From Auanema rhodensis (taxonomy: Eukaryota; Animalia; Nematoda): a stretch of 64,000 bases of DNA. The notes under the pieces were generated by a model. That model made no database searches. It was not told the origin of the DNA and saw nothing but the letters and a program-made list of their open reading frames with translations. The DNA lies in contig OZ059900.1 of NCBI GenBank assembly GCA_964057225.1, positions 18,042,001 to 18,106,000 of the forward strand, in the 5' to 3' direction. The position numbers and the translations under genes were made by a program. Of the stretch, positions 1 to 10,500 are shown one piece after another (position 1 is the stretch's first letter; each line of letters starts with the position of its first letter).

Positions 1-516
1 GGAACTAGACGTTGTACGAACAATTTTGAGCTAGGTTTCATTGACATTGCATGAGTTTGAACACATGAAATCGTAAGTCAAAACCTTGTTTACAGCGAAA
101 TTTCCAAAAACTGGTTTTCCAGCATAATAAAATATTTCTCATGGGAAATACTGTGTTTTTGTATTTTTCTAGTGTTCAGCATGTAGAATGCTTCATTTTA
201 GTATGTAACACGCTGAAATTCGTTGCATTTGACGACTCATATGAACAAAAATCGATTTAATCAATATTAGCCATAAGGGGCGTGCCCTCAGAATATGCTA
301 ATTTCCTTAATTTTCTAACCCCTGTTTTTTTGTCGTGAAAGTGGAACTAGACGTTGTAGGAACAATTTTGAGCTAGGTTTCATTGACATTGCATGAGTTT
401 GAACACATGAAATCGTAAGTCAAAACCTTGTTTACAGCGAAATTTCCAAAAACTGGTTTTCCAGCATAATAAAATATTTCTCATGGGAAATACTGTGTTT
501 TTGTATTTTTCTAGTG

Positions 517-559
517 TTCAGCATGTAAAATGCTTCATTTTAGTATGTAACACGCTGAA
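517..559. other. Intrinsic compound inverted repeat in every monomer (positions 175-217; shown for monomer 2)
   Basis: The outer arms TTCAGCATGTAAAAT and ATGTAACACGCTGAA pair at 12/15 positions. An alternative inner perfect stem TAAAATG-ctt-CATTTTA (7 bp, 3-nt loop) lies within. Actual extrusion in vivo is not shown. Confidence 0.75.
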
Positions 560-1368
560 ATTCGTTGCATTTGACGACTCATATGAACAAAAATCGATTT
601 AATCAATATTAGCCATAAGGGGCGTGCCCTCAGAATATGCTAATTTCCTTAATTTTCTAACCCCTGTTTTTTTGTCGTGAAAGTGGAATTAGACGTTGTA
701 GGAACAATTTTGAGCTAGGTTTCATTGACATTGCATGAGTTTGAACGCATGAAATCGTAAGTCAAAACCTTGTTTACAGCGAAATTTCCAAAAACTGGTT
801 TTCCAGCATAATAAAATATTTCTCATGGGAAATACTGTGTTTTTGTATTTTTATAGTGTTCAGCATGTAAAATGCTTCATTTTAGTATGTAACACGCTGA
901 AATTCGTTGCATTTGACGACTCATATGAACAAAAATCGATTTAATCAATATTAGCCATAAGGGGCGTGCCCTCAGAATATGCTAATTTCCTTAATTTTCT
1001 AACCCCGGTTTTTTTGTCGTGAAAGTGGAATTAGACGTTGTAGGAACAATTTTGAGCTAGGTTTCATTGACATTGCATGAGTTTGAACACATGAAATCGT
1101 AAGTCAAAACCTTGTTTACAGCGAAATTTCCAAAAACTGGTTTTCCAGCATAATAAAATATTTCTCATGGGAAATACTGTGTTTTTGTATTTTTCTAGTG
1201 TTCAGCATGTAAAATGCTTCATTTTAGTATGTAACACGCTGAAATTCGTTGCATTTGACGACTCATATGAACAAAATACGATTTAATCAATATTAGCCAT
1301 AAGGGGCGTGCCCTCAGAATATGCTAATTTCCTTAATTTTCTAACCCCTGTTTTTTTGTCGTGAAAGT

Positions 1369-4300
1369 GGAACTAGACGTTGTACAAACAATTTTGAGCT
1401 AGGTTTCATTGACATTGCATGAGTTTGAACACATGAAATCGTAAGTCAAAACCTTGTTTACAGCGAAATTTCCAAAAACTGGTTTTCCACCATAATAAAA
1501 TATTTCTCATGAGAAATACTGTGTTTTTGTATTTTTCTAGTGTTCAGCATGTAAAATGCTTCATTTTAGTATGTAACACGCTGAAATTCGTTGCATTTGA
1601 CGACTCATATGAACAAAAATCGATTTAATCAATATTAGCCATAAGGGGCGTGCCCTCAGAATATGCTAATTTCATTAATTTTCTAACCCCTGTTTTTTTG
1701 TCGTGAAAGTGAAACTAGACGTTGTAGGAACAATTTTGAGCTAGGTTTCATTGACATTGCATGAGTTTGAACACATGAAATCGTAAGTCAAAACCTTGTT
1801 TACAGCGAAATTTCCAAAAACTGGTTTTCCAGCATAATAAAATATTTCTCATGGGAAATACTGTGTTTTTGTATTTTTCTAGTGTTCAGCATGTAAAATG
1901 CTTCATTTTAGTATGTAACACGCTGAAATTCGTTGCATTTGACGACTCATATGAACAAAAATCGATTTAATCAATATTAGCCATAAGGGGCGTGCCCTCA
2001 GAATATGCTAATTTCCTTAATTTTCTAACCCCTGTTTTTTTGTCGTGAAAGTGGAACTAGACGTTGTACAAACAATTTTGAGCTAGGTTTCATTGACATT
2101 GCATGAGTTTGAACACATGAAATCGTAAGTCAAAACCTTGTTTACAGCGAAATTTCCAAAAACTGGTTTTCCAGCATAATAAAATATTTCTCATGAGAAA
2201 TACTGTGTTTTTGTATTTTTCTAGTGTTCAGCATGTAAAATGCTTCATTTTAGTATGTAACACGCTGAAATTCGTTGCATTTGACGACTCATATGAACAA
2301 AAATCGATTTAATCAATATTAGCCATAAGGGGCGTGCCCTCAGAATATGCTAATTTCCTTAATTTTCTAACCCCTGTTTTTTTGTCGTGAAAGTGGAACT
2401 AGACGTTGTAGGAACAATTCTGAGCTAGGTTTCATTGACATTGCATGAGTTTGAACACATGAAATCGTAAGTCAAAACCTTGTTTACAGCGAAATTTCCA
2501 TAAACTGGTTTTCCAGCATAATAAAATATTTCTCATGGGAAATACTGTGTTTTTGTATTTTTCTAGTGTTCAGCATGTGAAATGCTTCATTTTAGTATGT
2601 AACACGCTGAAATTCGTTGCATTTGACGACTCATATGAACAAAAATCGATTTAATCAATATTAGCCATAAGGGGCGTGCCCTCAGAATATGCTAATTTCC
2701 TTAATTTTCTAACCCCTGTTTTTTTGTCGTGAAAGTGGAACTAGACGTTGTACGAACAATTTTGAGCTAGGTTTCATTGACATTGCATGAGTTTGAACAC
2801 ATGAAATCGTAAGTCAAAACCTTGTTTACAGCGAAATTTCCAAAAACTGGTTTTCCAGCATAATAAAATATTTCTCATGAGAAATACTGTGTTTTTGTAT
2901 TTTTCTAGTGTTCAGCATGTGAAATGCTTCATTTTAGTATGTAACACGCTGAAATTCGTTGCATTTGACGACTCATATGAACAAAAATCGATTTAATCAA
3001 TATTAGCCATAAGGGGCGTGCCCTCAGAATATGCTAATTTCCTTAATTTTCTAACCCCTGTTTTTTTGTCGTGAAAGTGGAACTAGACGTTGTAGGAACA
3101 ATTTTGAGCTAGGTTTCATTGACATTGCATGAGTTTGAACACATGAAATCGTAAGTCAAAACCTTGTTTACAGCGAAAATTCCAAAAACTGGTTTTCCAG
3201 CATAATAAAATATTTCTCATGGGAAATACTGTGTTTTTGTATTTTTCTAGTGTTCAGCATGTAAAATGCTTCATTTTAGTATGTAACACGCTGAAATTCG
3301 TTGCATTTGAAGACTCATATGAACAAAAATCGATTTAATCAATATTAGCCATAAGGGGCGTGCCCTCAGAATATGCTAATTTCCTTAATTTTCTAACCCC
3401 TGTTTTTTGTCGTGAAAGTGGAACTAGACGTTGTAGGAACAATTTTGAGCTAGGTTTCATTGACATTGCATGAGTTTGAACACATGAAATCGTAAGTCAA
3501 AACCTTGTTTACAGCGAAATTTCCAAAAACTGGTTTTCCAGCATAATAAAATATTTCTCATGAGAAATACTGTGTTTTTGTATTTTTCTAGTGTTCAGCA
3601 TGTAAAATGCTTCATTTTAGTATGTAACACGATGAAATTCGTTGCATTTGACGACTCATATGAACAAAAATCGATTTAATCAATATTAGCCATAAGGGGC
3701 GTGCCCTCAGAATATGCTAATTTCATTAATTTTCTAACCCCGGTTTTTTTGTCGTGAAAGTGGATTTAGACGTTGTAGGAACAATTTTGAGCTAGGTTTC
3801 ATTGACATTGCATGAGTTTGAACACATGAAATCGTAAGTCAAAACCTTGTTTACAGCGAAATTTCCAAAAACTGGTTTTCCAGCATAATAAAATATTTCT
3901 CATGGGAAATACTGTGTTTTTGTATTTTTCTAGTGTTCAGCATGTAAAATGCTTCATTTTAGTATGTAACACGCTGAAATTCGTTGCATTTGACTACTCA
4001 TATGAACAAAAATCGATTTAATCAATATTAGCCATAAGGGGCGTGCCCTCAGAATATGCTAATTTCCTTAATTTTCTAACCCCTGTTTTTTTGTCGTGAA
4101 AGTGGAACTAGACGTTGTACAAACAATTTTGAGCTAGGTTTCATTGACATTGCATGAGTTTGAACACATGAAATCGTAAGTCAAAACCTTGTTTACAGCG
4201 AAATTTCCAAAAACTGGTTTTCCAGCATAATAAAATATTTCTCATGAGAAATACTGTGTTTTTGTATTTTTCTAGTGTTCAGCATGTAAAATGCTTCATT

Positions 4301-6840
4301 TTAGTATGTAACACGATGAAATTCGTTGCATTTGACGACTCATATGAACAAAAATCGATTTAATCAATATTAGCCATAAGGGGCGTGCCCTCAGAATATG
4401 CTAATTTCATTAATTTTCTAACCCCTGTTTTTTTGTCGTGAAAGTGGAACTAGACGTTGTAGGAACAATTTTGAGCTAGGTTTCATTGACATTGCATGAG
4501 TTTGAACACATGAAATCGTAAGTCAAAACCTTGTTTACAGCGAAATTTCCAAAAACTGGTTTTCCAGCATAATAAAATATTTCTCATGGGAAATACTGTG
4601 TTTTTGTATTTTTCTAGTGTTCAGCATGTAAAATGCTTCATTTTAGTATGTAACACGCTGAAATTCGTTGCATTTGACGACTCATATGAACAAAAATCGA
4701 TTTAATCAATATTAGCCATAAGGGGCGTGCCCTCAGAATATGCTAATTTCCTTAATTTTCTAACCCCTGTTTTTTTGTCGTGAAAGTGGAACTAGACGTT
4801 GTACAAACAATTTTGAGCTAGGTTTCATTGACATTGCATGAGTTTGAACACATGAAATCGTAAGTCAAAACCTTGTTTACAGCGAAATTTCCAAAAACTG
4901 GTTTTCCAGCATAATAAAATATTTCTCATGAGAAATACTGTGTTTTTGTATTTTTCTAGTGTTCAGCATGTAAAATGCTTCATTTTAGTATGTAACACGA
5001 TGAAATTCGTTGCATTTGACGACTCATATGAACAAAAATCGATTTAATCAATATTAGCCATAAGGGGCGTGCCCTCAGAATATGCTAATTTCATTAATTT
5101 TCTAACCCCTGTTTTTTTGTCGTGAAAGTGGAACTAGACGTTGTAGGAACAATTTTGAGCTAGGTTTCATTGACATTGCATGAGTTTGAACACATGAAAT
5201 CGTAAGTCAAAACCTTGTTTACAGCGAAATTTCCAAAAACTGGTTTTCCAGCATAATAAAATATTTCTCATGGGAAATACTGTGTTTTTGTATTTTTCTA
5301 GTGTTCAGCATGTAAAATGCTTCATTTTAGTATGTAACACGCTGAAATTCGTTGCATTTGACGACTCATATGAACAAAAATCGATTTAATCAATATTAGC
5401 CATAAGGGGCGTGCCCTCAGAATATGCTAATTTCCTTAATTTTCTAACCCCTGTTTTTTTGTCGTGAAAGTGGAACTAGACGTTGTACAAACAATTTTGA
5501 GCTAGGTTTCATTGACATTGCATGAGTTTGAACACATGAAATCGTAAGTCAAAACCTTGTTTACAGCGAAATTTCCAAAAACTGGTTTTCCAGCATAATA
5601 AAATATTTCTCATGAGAAATACTGTGTTTTTGTATTTTTCTAGTGTTCAGCATGTAAAATGCTTCATTTTAGTATGTAACACGCTGAAATTCGTTGCATT
5701 TGACGACTCATATGAACAAAAATCGATTTAATCAATATTAGCCATAAGGGGCGTGCCCTCAGAATATGCTAATTTCCTTAATTTTCTAACCCCTGTTTTT
5801 TTTGTCGTGAAAGTGGAACTAGACGTTGTAGGAACAATTTTGAGCTAGGTTTCATTGACATTGCATGAGTTTGAACACATGAAATCGTAAGTCAAAACCT
5901 TGTTTACAGCGAAATTTCCAAAAACTGGTTTTCCAGCATAATAAAATATTTCTCATGGGAAATACTGTGTTTTTGTATTTTTCTAGTGTTCAGCATGTAA
6001 AATGCTTCATTTTAGTATGTAACACGCTGAAATTCGTTGCATTTGACGACTCATATGAACAAAAATCGATTTAATCAATATTAGCCATAAGGGGCGTGCC
6101 CTCAGAATATGCTAATTTCCTTAATTTTCTAACCCCTGTTTTTTTGTCGTGAAAGTGGAACTAGACGTTGTACAAACAATTTTGAGCTAGGTTTCATTGA
6201 CATTGCATGAGTTTGAACACATGAAATCGTAAGTCAAAACCTTGTTTACAGCGAAATTTCCAAAAACTGGTTTTCCAGCATAATAAAATATTTCTCATGA
6301 GAAATACTGTGTTTTTGTATTTTTCTAGTGTTCAGCATGTAAAATGCTTCATTTTAGTATGTAACACGCTGAAATTCGTTGCATTTGACGACTCATATGA
6401 ACAAAAATCGATTTAATCAATATTAGCCATAAGGGGCGTGCCCTCAGAATATGCTAATTTCCTTAATTTTCTAACCCCTGTTTTTTTTGTCGTGAAAGTG
6501 GAACTAGACGTTGTAGGAACAATTTTGAGCTAGGTTTCATTGACATTGCATGAGTTTGAACACATGAAATCGTAAGTCAAAACCTTGTTTACAGCGAAAT
6601 TTCCAAAAACTGGTTTTCCAGCATAATAAAATATTTCTCATGGGAAATACTGTGTTTTTGTATTTTTATAGTGTTCAGCATGTAAAATGCTTCATTTTAG
6701 TATGTAACACGCTGAAATTCGTTGCATTTGACGACTCATATGAACAAAAATCGATTTAATCAATATTAGCCATAAGAGGCGTGCCCTCAGAATATGCTAA
6801 TTTCCTTATATTTCTAACCCCTGTTTTTTGTCGTGAAAGT
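1369..6840 (+). repeat. 684-bp dimeric higher-order repeat (8 copies)
   Basis: Sixteen consecutive monomers strictly alternate CATGAGAAA and CATGGGAAA. The GAG monomers mostly also carry TGTACAAAC and the GGG monomers carry TGTAGGAAC. Confidence 0.9.
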
Positions 6841-7492
6841 GGAACTAGACGTTGTAGGAACAATTTTGAGCTAGGTTTCATTGACATTGCTTGAGTTTGA
6901 ACACATGAAATCGTAAGTCAAAACCTTGTTTACAGCGAAATTTCCAAAAACTGGTTTTCCAGCATAATAAAATATTTCTCATGGGAAATACTGTGTTTTT
7001 GTATTTTTATAGTGTTCAGCATGTAAAATGCTTCATTTTAGTATGTAACACGCTGAAATTCGTTGCATTTGACGACTCATATGAACAAAAATCGATTTAA
7101 TCAATATTAGCCATAAGAGGCGTGCCCTCAGAATATGCTAATTTCCTTAATTTTCTAACCCCTGTTTTTTTGTCGTGAAAGTGGAACTAGACGTTGTAGG
7201 AACAATTTTGAGCTAGGTTTCATTGACATTGCATGAGTTTGAACACATGAAATCGTAAGTCAAAAACTTGTTTACAGCGAAATTTCCAAAAACTGGTTTT
7301 CCAGCATAATAAAATATTTCTCATGGGAAATACTGTGTTTTTGTATTTTTCTAGTGTTCAGCATGTGAAATGCTTCATTTTAGTATGTAACACGCTGAAA
7401 TTCGTTGCATTTGACGACTCATATGAACAAAAATCGATTTAATCAATATTAGCCATAAGGGGCGTGCCCTCAGAATATGCTAATTTCCTAAA

Positions 7493-7533
7493 TTTTCTAA
7501 CCCCTGTTTTTTTGTTTTCTAACCCCTGTTTTT
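7493..7533. other. Orientation-switch junction with 19-bp direct duplication (TTTTCTAACCCCTGTTTTT at 7493-7511 and 7515-7533)
   Basis: The + consensus matches up to 7515 (...CCTGTTTTTTTGT). A second copy of TTTTCTAACCCCTGTTTTT follows, and its last TTT overlaps the start of the - arm (TTTCAGCG, 7531). Confidence 0.95.
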
Positions 7534-10500
7534 CAGCGTGTTACATACTAAAATGAAGCATTTTACATGCTGAACACTAGAAAAATACAAAAACACAGTA
7601 TTTCCCATGAGAAATATTTTATTATGCTGGAAAACCAGTTTTTGGAAATTTCGCTGTAAACAAGGTTTTGACTTACGATTTCATGTGTTCAAACTCATGC
7701 AATGTCAATGAAACCCAGCTCAAAATTGTTCGTACAACGTCTAGTTCCACTTTCACGACAAAAAAACAGGGGTTAGAAAATTAAGGAAATTAGCATATTC
7801 TGAGGGCACGCCCCTTATGGCTAATATTGATTAAATCGATTTTTGTTCATATGAGTCGTCAAATGCAACGAATTTCAGCGTGTTACATACTAAAATGAAG
7901 CATTTTACATGCTGAACACTAGAAAAATACAAAAACACAGTATTTCCCATGAGAAATATTTTATTATGCTGGAAAACCAGTTTTTGGAAATTTCGCTGTA
8001 AACAAGGTTTTGACTTACGATTTCATGTGTTCAAACTCATGCAATGTCAATGAAACCTAGCTCAAAATTGTTCGTACAACGTCTAGTTCCACTTTCACGA
8101 CAAAAAAACAGGGGTTAGAAAATTAAGGAAATTAGCATATTCTGAGGGCACGCCCCTTATGGCTAATATTGATTAAATCGATTTTTGTTCATATGAGTCG
8201 TCAAATGCAACGAATTTCAGCGTGTTACATACTAAAATGAAGCATTTTACATGCTGAACACTAAAAAAATACAAAAACACAGTATTTCCCATGAGAAATA
8301 TTTCATTATGCTGGAAAACCAGTTTTTGGAAATTTCGCTGTAAACAAGGTTTTGACTTACGATTTCATGTGTTCAAACTCATGCAATGTCAATGAAACCT
8401 AGCTCAAAATTGTTCCTACAACGTCTAGTTCCACTTTCACGACAAAAAAACAGGGGTTAGAAAATTAAGGAAATTAGCATATTCTGAGGGCACGCCCCTT
8501 ATGGCTAATATTGATTAAATCGATTTTTGTTCATATGAGTCGTCAAATGCAACGAATTTCAGCGTGTTACATACTAAAATGAAGCATTTTACATGCTGAA
8601 CACTAGAAAAATACAAAAACACAGTATTTCCCATGAGAAATATTTTATTATGCTGGAAAACCAGTTTTTGGAAATTTGGCTGTAAACAAGGTTTTGACTT
8701 ACGATTTCATGTGTTCAAACTCATGCAATGTCAATGAAACCTAGCTCAAAATTGTTCGTACAACGTCTAGTTCCACTTTCACGACAAAAAAACAGGAGTT
8801 AGAAAATTAAGGAAATTAGCATATTCTGAGGGCACGCCCCTTATGGCTAATATTGATTAAATCGATTTTTGTTCATATGAGTCGTCAAATGCAACGAATT
8901 TCAGCGTGTTACATACTAAAATGAAGCATTTTACATGCTGAACACTAGAAAAATACAAAAACACAGTAATACCCATGAGAAATATTTTATTATGCTGGAA
9001 AACCAGTTTTTGGAAATTTCGCTGTAAACAAGGTTTTGACTTACGATTTCATGTGTTCAAACTCATGCAATGTCAATGAAACCTAGCTCAAAATTGTTAA
9101 TACAATGTCTAGTTCCACTTTCACGACAAAAAAACAGGGGTTAGAAAATTAAGGAAATTAGCATATTCTGAGGGCACGCCCTTTATGGCTAATATTGATT
9201 AAATCGATTTTTGTTCATATGAGTCGTCAAATGCAACGAATTTCAGCGTGTTACATACTAAAATGAAGCATTTTACATGCTGAACACTAGAAAAATACAA
9301 AAACACAGTATTTCCCATGAGAAATATTTTATTATGCTGGAAAACCAGTTTTTGGAAATTTCGCTGTAAACAAGGTTTTGACTTACGATTTCATGTGTTC
9401 AAACTCATGCAATGTCAATGAAACCTAGCTCAAAATTGTTCGTACAACGTCTAGTTCCACTTTCACGACTAAAAAACAGGGGTTAGAAAATTAAGGAAAT
9501 TAGCATATTCTGAGGGCACGCCCCTTATGGCTAATATTGATTAAATCGATTTTTGTTCATATGAGTCGTCAAATGCAACGAATTTCAGCGTGTTACATAC
9601 TAAAATGAAGCATTTTACATGCTGAACACTAGAAAAATACAAAAACACAGTATTTCCCATGAGAAATATTTTATTATGCTGGAAAACCAGTTTTTGGAAA
9701 TTTCGCTGTAAACAAGGTTTTGACTTACGATTTCATGTGTTCAAACTCATGCAATGTCAATGAAACCCAGCTCAAAATTGTTCGTACAACGTCTAGTTCC
9801 ACTTTCACGACAAAAAAACAGGGGTTAGAAAATTAAGGAAATTAGCATATTCTGAGGGCACGCCCCTTATGGCTAATATTGATTAAATCGATTTTTGTTC
9901 ATATGAGTCGTCAAATGCAACGAATTTCAGCGTGTTACATACTAAAATGAAGCATTTTACATGCTGAACACTAGAAAAATACAAAAACACAGTATTTCCC
10001 ATGAGAAATATTTTATTATGCTGGAAAACCAGTTTTTGGAAATTTCGCTGTAAACAAGGTTTTGACTTACGATTTCATGTGTTCAAACTCATGCAATGTC
10101 AATGAAACCTAGCTCAAAATTGTTCGTACAACGTCTAGTTCCACTTTCACGACAAAAAAACAGGGGTTAGAAAATTAAGGAAATTAGCATATTCTGAGGG
10201 CACGCCCCTTATGGCTAATATTGATTAAATCGATTTTTGTTCATATGAGTCGTCAAATGCAACGAATTTCAGCGTGTTACATACTAAAATGAAGCATTTT
10301 ACATGCTGAACACTAGAAAAATACAAAAACACAGTATTTCCCATGAGAAATATTTCATTATGCTGGAAAACCAGTTTTTGGAAATTTCGCTGTAAACAAG
10401 GTTTTGACTTACGATTTCATGTGTTCAAACTCATGCAATGTCAATGAAACCTAGCTCAAAATTGTTCCTACAACGTCTAGTTCCACTTTCACGACAAAAA

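Larger units (their letters stand above)
1..7515 (+). repeat. 342-bp tandem satellite, + orientation arm (~22 monomers, the last truncated)
   Basis: GGAACTAGACGTTGTA recurs at 1, 343, 685, 1027, 1369 ... 6841, 7183 with period 342 (341-343 where the T7 tract varies). The arm continues beyond the left window edge. Confidence 0.99.

Noticed and set aside
218-234. CENP-B box-like motif (ATTCGTTGCATTTGACG)
   Set aside because: It matches TTCG and the central A of the TTCGNNNNANNCGGG core but lacks the essential CGGG, so it cannot be called a CENP-B box.
1-342. Primate alpha-satellite dimer (2 x 171 bp)
   Set aside because: The length fits, but I recognise no alpha-satellite sequence and the two 171-bp halves do not align.
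7497-7526. Telomere-like CTAACCC motif duplicated at the junction (telomere healing)
   Set aside because: It is a single motif native to every monomer. The duplicated segment copies satellite flanks and is not a tandem telomeric repeat.
7401-7560. Foldback chimeric-read artefact as the cause of the inversion
   Set aside because: Variants are not mirrored across the junction and it carries a templated insertion, so an artefact is disfavoured. Read-level confirmation is still needed.
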